Positions 16,705-25,352 of a stretch of 27,600 nt of DNA are shown here, in pieces. Numbering within the stretch: position 1 is the first letter of the stretch; every line of letters begins with the position of its first letter. The notes beneath the pieces are model-generated. The model saw nothing but the letters and a program-made list of their open reading frames with translations, made no database searches and was not told the DNA's origin. A program made the position numbers and the translations under genes. The stretch is from Pedosphaera sp. (GTDB lineage: Bacteria; Verrucomicrobiota; Verrucomicrobiia; Limisphaerales; SIBH01). The stretch spans positions 1 to 27,600 of the forward strand of contig JANOQV010000295.1 in NCBI GenBank assembly GCA_031414955.1, written 5' to 3'.

Positions 16705-19700
16705 TCAGTTCTTGGTGATCGTTTCGTCGAGATTGAGGATGGCGCGCGCGACGGTCGTCCACGCTGCGCGTTCCGAGACATCGCCCTTGCTGTCGTCGGC
16801 GAGTTCCGCAGCTTTCAACTCACCCAGTTTTAGTCGCTCGCGTTGGCCGTTGAGAAAGGAAACCAGCCTGACCTGCTCGGTCGTGCTCGGCTCGCGCGTC
16901 AGCACGCGGCGGAACAGGAACACTGTCTTGCGGGTGTCGTCGCCCGGCTGGCCGGCCGTGAGTGCGCCCAGCTTTTGCGCAGCTTCCACGAAAGTAATGT
17001 CGTTGAGCAGCGTGAGCGATTGGAGCGGCGTGTTTGAGATGTCGCGCTTGGCTACGCACGCTTCGCCTGAGGGAGCGTCGAAGGTGTTAAACATGGCGAA
17101 AGGCGCGGTACGTTTCTGGTAAGTGTAGAGCGAGCGGCGGTAGCGATCCTCGCCCGCGCTCACGTCCCACTTGGGCGAGCCGTAGGCTGATTCGGTGACG
17201 CCGGGAGGCTGCGGTGGCTTGACCGGCGGTCCGAACATCTTCGCCGAGAGAGTGCCGCCAGCGGCGAGCGCCGAGTCGCGGATGATCTCCGCTTCAAGCC
17301 GCACCCGCGGGCCGCGGGCCAGCAGGCGGTTTTGCGGATCACGCGCGAGCAGCTCAGGCGTGACACGCGACGACTGGCGGTAAGTGGCGCTGGTGATGAT
17401 GAGACGGTGCAACTTCTTGAGCGACCAGCCTTGTTGCATGAACTCCACGGCCAGCCAGTCGATTAACTCGGGATGGCTCGGCAACTCGCCTTGAAAGCCA
17501 AAATCGTTTTGCGTGCCGACGATTCCCTGGCCGAAGAACGTGGCCCATTGGCGGTTCACGACCACGCGGGCGGTGAGCGGGTTTTCGGGCGACACCAACC
17601 ACCGGGCGAGCGCGAGCCGGTCCTTCTTCGCGCCGTGGGGCAGGGGAGGCAGGAAGCCCGGCACTTCGGCCTCCACCCGGTCCTTCGGCTGAAGGAACTC
17701 GCCGCGGTTGTGGAGAAAGGTCGGACGCGGCGCGGTCGCCGGGCGTTCGCGCATCACCAGCGTCGTGGTGTGGGCGGCGGGTTTGCGCAGGTCACGAATC
17801 TCCTTCGCCGCCTTGGCCAGTTCGGGCGCGGTGATCAGGAACTGAGCGCGCAATTGCTCGCGTTCCTTCGCGGTGAGCTTTTCATCCGGCTGGCGCAAGA
17901 GAAGCTCCACCGATTCTGGAATCTCCCGGGCCTCCGCGCCGCGCGCGTCGGTCGTCACTGAGATGCGGAACTTTCCCAGCGAGCAGGCGTAATGGCGGCC
18001 GAAGAGCATCTTCACATCAATACGGCGGGCTTCGACTGGCTCGGCGGGAACAAACACCGTGCTGTGCGCCTCACCGGGACGGTCGGCGCAGGTCCAGCCC
18101 GTCTGTGGATCGCCATCGACGGCCGCCTTCGCGTTCCCGCCGCCGCCGAAGTTGTTCTTGGCGTAGCTCTCGGTGGCCTTGGCGAACTTCACGCTCTGGC
18201 CATCCGCGCTGACCTGGAATTCACCCAGGAAGAAATCGCCCTTCGGTCCCTCGTAATAAGTCAGGCCGGGACCATGTGCCGGCAGATTCGCGTCCGGCAG
18301 GGCTTCGAGGCGGATGGCGGTGATGCGCCCCGGCAGATTGGTGAACGCGAGATCGTAGGTGTCGCTCTTGGTGATGTCGCCGCTGGCCAGCACGGAAGCA
18401 TCCGGCTGAATGGTGAGCAGCGGCATGTTCGCCTTGGCCACGGCGGGACACAGCGGCGTCCAAGTCACGGTGCGCTCACGCTCGCGAGCCAGCCACTTGG
18501 CGAAGGCGGCCTCGACGGCCTGTTCTTTGCGTGCCACGTCTGTAATCACTTCTTCGCGCGGAGTGCCGACGCTCAACCCGACGCGGCCGATGGTGTGGCG
18601 CGTTCCAAACTGCTGTTGCAGCCGGACGATCACTTTCGTTCCGGCGAACGAGCCGAAGGGGTGCTCCACTTCAAACGTGGCGGAGTGATTTGCGTTCAGT
18701 GTCTTGCCCTGTTCGTGAACGGCCCAGCCCGTATCCAATTTGCCATCGAAGGCGTTCTTAATCAGGAAGGTCGCCTGTTCGGCGGTTGCCTTCGCGCTGC
18801 GAATCTTCATCAGGCTGGCCGGGCCTTTCGTCGGCGCGTTGCTCAAGGTGATTTCCGACAGCACGAAATTTCCATGCTCCGTGCGGCCTGGCCCCTTGCC
18901 GGGCAACGAGTCATCGGTGAGCGCCTCCAATCGCAGGTGGGTGAGGTTGGTCAGCTTGGTGGTGAAGCTCAACGTCACGTCGCTCCGTTCCGGGCCGGGT
19001 GCGGTGAAGAGCACGGAGCCGTCCTCCAGCACCTTGGTCGAATCGTTCGTTGCGATGTGGTCGAGGGCCAGCGTGACACGTTCCCAGCGCAGTGCGCCGG
19101 TCTCGATGGACCAGCGCGAGGAAAGCTCGGCGAGCAGCTTCGCCGCGCGCTGTTCGCGCTGACGCTGCTTTTCCGCGGCGTCTTCGGCGGGCAAGTCGAG
19201 CTCCGGCTCGTCGGCGTTGTTCAGGAACGCCATGAGCGAGTAGTAGTCTTTGTGCAGGATCGGATCGTACTTGTGCGTGTGGCACTGCGCGCAACCCACG
19301 GTCAGTCCCAGCCACGTCGTGCCGGTGGTGCCGACGCGATCGACCACGGCATGGAAGCGGAATTCCAGCGGGTCGATGCCGCCTTCCTCGTTCAGCATGG
19401 TGTTGCGGTGAAAGCCGGTGGCGATGAGTTGATCGCGCGTTGGCTTGGCCAGCAGATCGCCCGCGAGTTGCTCAATGGTGAACTGGTTGAATGGCATGTC
19501 GGCGTTGAGCGCGCGAATGACCCAATCGCGATACGGCCAGATGCTGCGGTTGCGGTCCTTCTCGTAGCCGTTGCTGTCAGCATAGCGGGCGAGGTCGAGC
19601 CACTTGCGCGCCCAGCGTTCGCCGTAGCGGGGCGAGGCGAGCAGTTGATCCACGAGGCGCTCGTAAGCGCCAGCCCGCTTGTCGCTCGCGAAAGCGTCTG

Positions 19701-20283
19701 CTTCCTCGGGCGTCGGCGGCAGGCCAATGAGATCGAGGTGGAGGCGGCGGGCGAGGGTCAGACGATCCGCTGCGGGTGAAGGCTTCAGTCCTTCCTTCTC
19801 CAAACGCGACGTGATGAAGGCGTCGATGGGATTTACGATTTCGGATTTGCGATTTCCGAGCGCTGGAACCTTCGGTCGCACAGGTTTGATGAAGGCCCAG
19901 TGGGGTTTGTATTCCGCGCCGGCGGCGATCCATCGCTTGAGGATGTCCTTCTGCTCTTCGTTCAATGGATGCTTCACCTTGGCGGGCGGCATCAGGTCGT
20001 CCTCATTGGCGGTGAAGAGGCGTGTGATGAGTTCGCTCTTGCCCGGCTGGCCGGGGACGATGGCTGGCTCGCCTGACTTGCCGCCCTTGAGCCCTGCATC
20101 CCGAGCGTCGAGGCGCAGTCCGCCTTTGCGGGTGCCTTCGTCGGGGCCGTGGCACTTGAAACAATGGGAAGACAGAATCGGGCGCACGTCGCGCAGAAAG
20201 TCCGGGTCTTCCGCCGCCTGAGTGGTAACAGGCAGCAGCAAGGCGAAGGCGGCGAGGACGTTTCTTATCGGCGTTGAGTTCAT
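16705..20283 (-). CDS. PSD1 and planctomycete cytochrome c domain protein (DUF1549/DUF1553)
   Basis: Signal peptide; DFLRDVRPILSSHCFKCHG (CxxCH); HWAF; NPIDAFI; YGERWARKWLDLARYADS; GCAQCHTHKYDP; NPLTARVVVNR; PSHPELIDWLA; RRSLY. Confidence 0.95.
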   Translation of the reverse strand: MNSTPIRNVLAAFALLLPVTTQAAEDPDFLRDVRPILSSHCFKCHGPDEGTRKGGLRLDARDAGLKGGKSGEPAIVPGQPGKSELITRLFTANEDDLMPPAKVKHPLNEEQKDILKRWIAAGAEYKPHWAFIKPVRPKVPALGNRKSEIVNPIDAFITSRLEKEGLKPSPAADRLTLARRLHLDLIGLPPTPEEADAFASDKRAGAYERLVDQLLASPRYGERWARKWLDLARYADSNGYEKDRNRSIWPYRDWVIRALNADMPFNQFTIEQLAGDLLAKPTRDQLIATGFHRNTMLNEEGGIDPLEFRFHAVVDRVGTTGTTWLGLTVGCAQCHTHKYDPILHKDYYSLMAFLNNADEPELDLPAEDAAEKQRQREQRAAKLLAELSSRWSIETGALRWERVTLALDHIATNDSTKVLEDGSVLFTAPGPERSDVTLSFTTKLTNLTHLRLEALTDDSLPGKGPGRTEHGNFVLSEITLSNAPTKGPASLMKIRSAKATAEQATFLIKNAFDGKLDTGWAVHEQGKTLNANHSATFEVEHPFGSFAGTKVIVRLQQQFGTRHTIGRVGLSVGTPREEVITDVARKEQAVEAAFAKWLARERERTVTWTPLCPAVAKANMPLLTIQPDASVLASGDITKSDTYDLAFTNLPGRITAIRLEALPDANLPAHGPGLTYYEGPKGDFFLGEFQVSADGQSVKFAKATESYAKNNFGGGGNAKAAVDGDPQTGWTCADRPGEAHSTVFVPAEPVEARRIDVKMLFGRHYACSLGKFRISVTTDARGAEAREIPESVELLLRQPDEKLTAKEREQLRAQFLITAPELAKAAKEIRDLRKPAAHTTTLVMRERPATAPRPTFLHNRGEFLQPKDRVEAEVPGFLPPLPHGAKKDRLALARWLVSPENPLTARVVVNRQWATFFGQGIVGTQNDFGFQGELPSHPELIDWLAVEFMQQGWSLKKLHRLIITSATYRQSSRVTPELLARDPQNRLLARGPRVRLEAEIIRDSALAAGGTLSAKMFGPPVKPPQPPGVTESAYGSPKWDVSAGEDRYRRSLYTYQKRTAPFAMFNTFDAPSGEACVAKRDISNTPLQSLTLLNDITFVEAAQKLGALTAGQPGDDTRKTVFLFRRVLTREPSTTEQVRLVSFLNGQRERLKLGELKAAELADDSKGDVSERAAWTTVARAILNLDETITKN

Positions 20284-20343
20284 GACAGTCGATGCATCAT
20301 GCAGACAGACGCCCGCCGTCGGCCAGAAATTCCGCGCCGCCCC

Positions 20344-20374
20344 AAAAAGAAACGAGGACCTTGCGGCCCTCGTT
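20344..20374 (-). terminator. intrinsic terminator of the LVIVD gene
   Basis: Minus strand AACGAGGGCC-GCAA-GGTCCTCGTT followed by TCTTTTT, about 33 nt after the stop codon. Confidence 0.8.
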
Positions 20375-20406
20375 CGTGGAATGAACCCCTTGCTCTGGTG
20401 ACGAAA

Positions 20407-21744
20407 TCAGCGTTTGCGGACGGTCGTCGTCGCCGTGCCGCCGATGCTTGAGGTGATGGTCACATGGCTGGGCTTGGTGCCAGCGGTTGTGACGAGCGTG
20501 TATTTGTTGAGCGACACGTTGTAAGTCATGGGGCCGAAACCGGTCACGTTGAGCGTCACGCTCGGCGCGGCGGTGCTGGTGGCTTCCACGGTCAGCACCT
20601 TGGTGCTGTTCTTCCACTCGGCCTTGGTGATGGTGATCGTGTCCACGAAATTCAGGGTGTAGAGACCGCCGCTGGTGTGGCTGAGGTAAATGTTGTTCGC
20701 AGTGGCGAAGACGCCGTAGCCGCCCACGAACGCGGAGCCGGAGCCGGTCTCGGGATCATACCAGCCAACGGATTGCGGGGCGGCGGGGTTCGAGAGGTCC
20801 AGGACGCGCAGTCCATCGGTGAGCCAGGCGACATAGGCGTATTTGCCGACCACGGAAACCTGATGCGGAACGGCGCCGCCGGGACTGCTGAAGCTGCCGG
20901 CGAGCGAGATGCTGGCGAGGTTGGAGATGTTCCACACTTTCACCGCATCCGCGCCGGAGGCGTTTTCACCCGTGGTGAGCAACGACAGTCCGTCCGTGCT
21001 CAAGGCCAGGTGGTAGAAGAATTCAGTGTTCACGCCGGCGGTGAGTTGATGAGCGAGGAGCACGGGCGCAGTCGGATTGCTCACATCGTGGACAGTGAAG
21101 CCGCCACCGAGCCACGCCGTGTAACAGCGGCCGTCTTTCACGACCGCATCGTGGGCCTGGCTGTAGTAGGCAAAGACCGGGCTGAGAATCTCCGCGAGGT
21201 AAACGGGCACGGCCGGGTTCGACACGTCGAAAATGGCCAGGTCGCCGGTGATGCCGGAGGAGAGGTAGGCGTTGGTCGCCGTGGGTGTGACTTCAACGGT
21301 GACGCTGTGGGCGTCGCAGCCGAGATGATAACCACCACCCGCGCCCCATTCGAGGCGACCGAGTTCGACCGGGGCGAGCGGGTTGCTCACGTCGTAGATG
21401 AACATGCCGACCCACGGCTCCGGCGTGCCGTTGGGGACTTCATTGGCGATATAAGCGATGCCGTTGACCACCTGCACATCGCTGATCTCCGCGTGGGCGA
21501 AGGGCAGGATGGTGTTGCGCAGCACGGGCGCGGCGGGATTGCTGGTGTCGATGATGGCGAGGCCGGCGGTGCCCCGGGCCACGTAGGCGTGGTTGCCCTC
21601 AGCCCACACTTCCCCGTTGCCGCCGCCCAGTGGTAAATTGGAAAGGAGCCGGGTATTCAAGACGGAGGCTGCCGTTGCACACAGGGTGCTCGCGGCGAGG
21701 CAGACTGCGGCCAGACTGCCGAGGAGGACTGATTTCGTTTTCAT
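20407..21744 (-). CDS. secreted LVIVD-repeat beta-propeller protein
   Basis: Signal peptide; repeats GLAIIDTSNPAAP, MFIYDVSNPLAP, LAIFDVSNPAVP, FTVHDVSNPTAP, GLRVLDLSNPAAP; Thr-rich beta C-terminal domain. Confidence 0.9.
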   Translation of the reverse strand: MKTKSVLLGSLAAVCLAASTLCATAASVLNTRLLSNLPLGGGNGEVWAEGNHAYVARGTAGLAIIDTSNPAAPVLRNTILPFAHAEISDVQVVNGIAYIANEVPNGTPEPWVGMFIYDVSNPLAPVELGRLEWGAGGGYHLGCDAHSVTVEVTPTATNAYLSSGITGDLAIFDVSNPAVPVYLAEILSPVFAYYSQAHDAVVKDGRCYTAWLGGGFTVHDVSNPTAPVLLAHQLTAGVNTEFFYHLALSTDGLSLLTTGENASGADAVKVWNISNLASISLAGSFSSPGGAVPHQVSVVGKYAYVAWLTDGLRVLDLSNPAAPQSVGWYDPETGSGSAFVGGYGVFATANNIYLSHTSGGLYTLNFVDTITITKAEWKNSTKVLTVEATSTAAPSVTLNVTGFGPMTYNVSLNKYTLVTTAGTKPSHVTITSSIGGTATTTVRKR

Positions 21745-22067
21745 GCAAGTGTTCGATGGTTCATTTCTGAACAGGATCCGCCGGCCAGCACGGAGCGAAG
21801 CGCAACTGCGAAATCTGTCCTTCCCCTCCTACTACAAGGCCAACTCGGGAAAGTTTTCAGGACAACGACTCAGGCAGATCCGCAGGTTGAGACGGGCAGT
21901 ACGGTCACGGTGCGGAACTTACGGGGTACGGGCCTCACGCCTACCGCAAGGCTTGATTTGGTGATGGTGGCGGAAAACACCATAGCGATCAGGCGCTGCA
22001 CGGAACCCCTCCACCAACTCCTCGACAGTTAAGATGCGTCGACCCTGACTTGGATACCTTGGGCCAA

Positions 22068-22097
22068 TTGACACTCGAAAATGCCTTGTGCTAGGTT
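22068..22097 (+). promoter_or_regulatory. sigma70 promoter of the HNH gene
   Basis: Consensus TTGACA (22068-22073), 18-nt spacer, extended -10 TGcTAGGTT (22089-22097), about 20 nt before ATG 22117. Confidence 0.65.
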
Positions 22098-22116
22098 TCG
22101 TCCCGTTGTTGTAGCC

Positions 22117-22734
22117 ATGAAATCGAGCTTGAACCAACACGTTCTGGTGCTCAACCGCCTTTGGCAGGCGGTAAACATCTGCACCGTCCGACGGGCTCTG
22201 GGACTTTTATTCGAAGGGCACGCCCAGGTCGTTCTCGACGATTCCAGCGGCTCCTTCCAGACCTTCAGCTTCGACCAATGGCGAGATTTCTCCCACTTGG
22301 CACCGCACCCAGACTCAATCCACACCATCTCCTATAAGATCCGCGTTCCCAAAGTGATTCTCCTCGGCCTCTTCGATCGTTTGCCAAAAAAGGAAGTCAA
22401 ATTTACCCGGCACAACATCTTCGAGCGGGACAGGAACACCTGCCAGTATTGCGGAGTGGTGTTTGAACGGCGCGACCTCAACTTGGATCACGTCATTCCA
22501 AAAGATCGCGGCGGCCCTACCACTTGGGAAAACATCGTCTGCTCCTGCATCACCTGTAATACCAAGAAAGCAAACCACACCCCTCCCGAGGCGGGACTGC
22601 GGCTGATCCGAAAACCTAAACGACCCAAGTGGCGTCCATTTGTTCAAGTCAGCCTCGGACCCCGTCACGACAGTTGGAAACACTTTCTGGATTTGGCCTA
22701 TTGGAATGTTGAATTAGGCGAAGACTGCGCCTGA
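22117..22734 (+). CDS. HNH endonuclease (McrA-like)
   Basis: VLVLNR.WQAVN, FTRHNIFERDRNTCQYCG, LNLDHVIPKDRGGPTTWENIVCSCITCNTKKAN. Confidence 0.93.
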   Translation: MKSSLNQHVLVLNRLWQAVNICTVRRALGLLFEGHAQVVLDDSSGSFQTFSFDQWRDFSHLAPHPDSIHTISYKIRVPKVILLGLFDRLPKKEVKFTRHNIFERDRNTCQYCGVVFERRDLNLDHVIPKDRGGPTTWENIVCSCITCNTKKANHTPPEAGLRLIRKPKRPKWRPFVQVSLGPRHDSWKHFLDLAYWNVELGEDCA

Positions 22735-23065
22735 GCCTTGAGTCAAACATCCAATTCGGACCGGCAGTCCTCATTGGGGCGGATGAGGTGATTACTCAGG
22801 GCTCAGGCTCGTGTCGCTGGGAAAGCCGGCCGGGCAGACGACCATCACCTAAGCGGAACTCCAGCAAGCGGCGCAGAACCTCGCCTTCCAAGGCCACGCG
22901 ATCCTCGCTCACTGCGGCCGGAAGCAGTATCCAGCCCGAAAGAGACGGGTGAAGGTGCACAACGGAGGTGTTCGGCCATGGCCGAGCGGGAACCAAGGGG
23001 CTGGAAAGCCTCTCGGGCAGCTCCAGAAGGCGGAGCCTGTTGCCTCGCACGAGAACGGAAGCCAG

Positions 23066-25057
23066 TTATTCCGCGACTACTCGCAGGTTCTTTTCCCAGC
23101 CGAGGTTCTTTGCGGTCTGGAGCGGATACTGCCAGTCCGCTGCCTTCGCGCCCCGCAGTTCCACGCGGCCGCGCTCGCTCGCCATCGCCACCGCCTGCGG
23201 GATGTCGAGGATGCGCAGCACGTTCAAGTAGTCCGGGCCGCTCGTGTGCGACTTGGGGAGTTTCGTGAGCACCAGTTCATCCACCGGCGCGAAGAGCGAG
23301 GCGTAAAGCGCGTTGACCGCCATGTCGCCCTCGGCTTCGAGGCGGATGGGCAGGGTGCTGAAATCCTTATGAGCGCGTATCGCTTCAATGGCATGAACGA
23401 TGTCCGATACACGCGCAGAGTCCCTCGTCTCGCCCAGCATCATGTGGCGACGACGAAGTTGGATTTCCTTTTTTGCGACGGCTTCGAAATCGATCGGCGG
23501 CGGCGCGTACTTTACAATGCCGCGCGGGGTGGACATGAAAGCGGGTTGGTTCGTGGTCGGATACCGAATCCTGCCCTGAACAACGCCTGGATCATTGGTT
23601 GCAGTCCGGCGTTTCGGATAACCAACCACCAATTCAATCTTCTCGGCTTTCTGGTCGAGCAAGACATCAAAAGACAGCGAAACATGCGCTGTATCCGAGC
23701 GCTGAAAATAATGAGTCCTGCCCGGATTGCCGACGACCTTTTCCAGAGGTTGGTTTGTCGCTTTCCAAGTTCGGAAGCATTTCGCTCTCAAGGTCGTCAG
23801 CCAATGCTCCCGCTGAACTGTCCATTCGTCCTTGGTCGTCGGCAAAGCCACCTGCGCCGCTACCACAAACGTCTCGTGAATCCTCGCGTTCACCGCGTCG
23901 CCCGGCAGCGTGTCGAACACCTTCAACTGTTGTGGCGAAAACAGTTTCACCGCCGCGTTTTCGATCAGCGTCTCCTCGCCTTTGAGGTGGCGATTGAACC
24001 AGCGCATCACCGGCACCTGCAACTCCTGCGTGTCCTTGTGCGGGCCGGGGGTGATGACGAGGCCGCACTTGTCGCCCGCGCCGAGCAGGTCATAGACGCG
24101 GCGCACCTTGTCGCGCAGCCGCACCACGCCATTGAGCGGGAAGATGTTGTCGTCGTCCGTGTTGACGATGAGCAGCGGGCGCGGCGCGGCCAGCGCGGCG
24201 AGCTGCGGATAATCCCAGCGATAAGTGTTCACGAAGAACATGCAGTCGCAGTGGCCCTCGACCGCGCCATCCACGATGTGGTTTTCCAAATCGGTGATGC
24301 CCGCCGTGGGCGCGGCGGCTTTGATGCGGTCGTCCATCGCGGTGACGAACCAACTGTAGGCGCCGCCGCCGCTGCGGCCCGTGATGCCGAAGCGGTTCGT
24401 GTCCACCTCGGGCCGCGTGCTCAGGTAATCGAGCGCACGCATCCCGTTCCAGCACTCGACGCCCGCCGGTGTGTAGCCACGCGAGTTCCACCACCACATT
24501 CCGGCGCGATAAGTGCCGTGGTGTTCGCCAAGAATCTCACCCGACTCCAGGGTGTCGATGACCATGCAGACGTAGCCGTTGCGCGCGAACCAGTTGCCCC
24601 AGTGCTGATACGCCGCCTTCGTCCCGTAGCTCACCTTGTTCGTGATCACCGGGCTGTGACCGCAGACGTAAAGAATCGTCGGCGCGGGCTTGGTGAGATT
24701 CTTCGGCACGTACAGATTCGCCGTGACGTAAAGGCCGGGGCGCGACTGGAAGTGCAGGTTCTCGACCGTGAAGGTGTCGTGCTCGAAGCGCTTCGTCACC
24801 GTGGCCTTCAAGTCCGTGCGCGGCGGCAACGGCGAGAGACCGAGCATCTCGGAGAGTTCGACCCGGCGCTGCGGGAGTTGTTCCAGCCAGGCGTTGCTGG
24901 TGGTGAGGTTGTTCAGGCAGCGCTCGGACAACGCGCGCGTCTCGCGGCTGAAATAGTCGGCGAGTTCCTTGTCTCCAATCTGCCATTGCATGGGCAGTTT
25001 GGCGGCGTGAAGCGAGAGCGTGGCGAGCCCGAGGAAAATTGTGATGAGCCGTTTCAT
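23066..25057 (-). CDS. secreted alpha/beta hydrolase (acetylxylan esterase / dienelactone hydrolase-like)
   Basis: Signal MKRLITIFLGLATLSLHA; FQSRPGLYVTANLYVP; RALDYLSTRPEVD; nucleophile GITGRSGGG; GHCDC; APRPLLI. Confidence 0.9.
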   Translation of the reverse strand: MKRLITIFLGLATLSLHAAKLPMQWQIGDKELADYFSRETRALSERCLNNLTTSNAWLEQLPQRRVELSEMLGLSPLPPRTDLKATVTKRFEHDTFTVENLHFQSRPGLYVTANLYVPKNLTKPAPTILYVCGHSPVITNKVSYGTKAAYQHWGNWFARNGYVCMVIDTLESGEILGEHHGTYRAGMWWWNSRGYTPAGVECWNGMRALDYLSTRPEVDTNRFGITGRSGGGAYSWFVTAMDDRIKAAAPTAGITDLENHIVDGAVEGHCDCMFFVNTYRWDYPQLAALAAPRPLLIVNTDDDNIFPLNGVVRLRDKVRRVYDLLGAGDKCGLVITPGPHKDTQELQVPVMRWFNRHLKGEETLIENAAVKLFSPQQLKVFDTLPGDAVNARIHETFVVAAQVALPTTKDEWTVQREHWLTTLRAKCFRTWKATNQPLEKVVGNPGRTHYFQRSDTAHVSLSFDVLLDQKAEKIELVVGYPKRRTATNDPGVVQGRIRYPTTNQPAFMSTPRGIVKYAPPPIDFEAVAKKEIQLRRRHMMLGETRDSARVSDIVHAIEAIRAHKDFSTLPIRLEAEGDMAVNALYASLFAPVDELVLTKLPKSHTSGPDYLNVLRILDIPQAVAMASERGRVELRGAKAADWQYPLQTAKNLGWEKNLRVVAE

Positions 25058-25128
25058 GGATGTGCAGAGAATGCGTGTTCGAGTGGCGGCGGGCAATGCC
25101 GCAGATCGACGCCGAGGCATCAGGACAG

Positions 25129-25267
25129 AATCAAACTCCAAATCCCAAATCTCAAAATCCAAACAAACTCCAAGCTGCAAATTCCAACCTCGACTGCCGA
25201 GGGCGGGAGATTGGAGTTCGAGCAGTTGGAGCTTGTTTGGAATTTGCAGCTTGGAGTTTGGAGTTTT
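25129..25267. repeat. heptamer-based palindromic repeat
   Basis: Tandem CCAAAT/CCAAAC-type units facing TTGGAG/TTGGAA units, with a perfect 24-bp inverted repeat 25164-25187/25237-25260. Confidence 0.85.
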
Positions 25268-25352
25268 CTGAGTCTTCCAGACGCGATGAGGTTTGCGACT
25301 TTACCGCCCGCCATCCTCAACTCATTCTCGCCGCGTGATTCTCAACTGACCC

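Noticed and set aside
16376..16762. ORFs across the PSD1-DUF1501 gap, including the N-terminal extension of DUF1501 to 16430
   Set aside because: They are read through palindromic repeat DNA; ATG 16379 gives the expected Tat-type N-terminus.
17992..19779. 595-aa plus-strand ORF, and similar long antisense ORFs at 2913-4520, 6038-7504, 7845-9365, 10732-12063, 12903-14201 and 20464-21636
   Set aside because: Each overlaps a motif-supported gene on the opposite strand and has no motifs of its own.
21923..22013. tRNA, tRNA-Sec or tmRNA 3' end (CCCCTCCACCA)
   Set aside because: No T-arm (GTTCGA), no canonical D-loop or anticodon arm and no tmRNA 5' end; kept only as a speculative structured RNA.
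21919..22140. 73-aa minus-strand ORF
   Set aside because: Overlaps the HNH promoter and start, low GC3, no recognisable family.
22117..22734. IscB/Cas9-like RNA-guided nuclease or restriction-modification system
   Set aside because: Only about 205 aa with no RuvC or PLMP motifs; no methyltransferase or CRISPR repeats nearby.
22796..23050. 84-aa minus-strand ORF, or RNase P / group I intron / hammerhead interpretation of this gap
   Set aside because: No protein motif; lacks GAGGAAAGTCC (RNase P), P7 R/S elements and a CUGAUGA..GAAA core.
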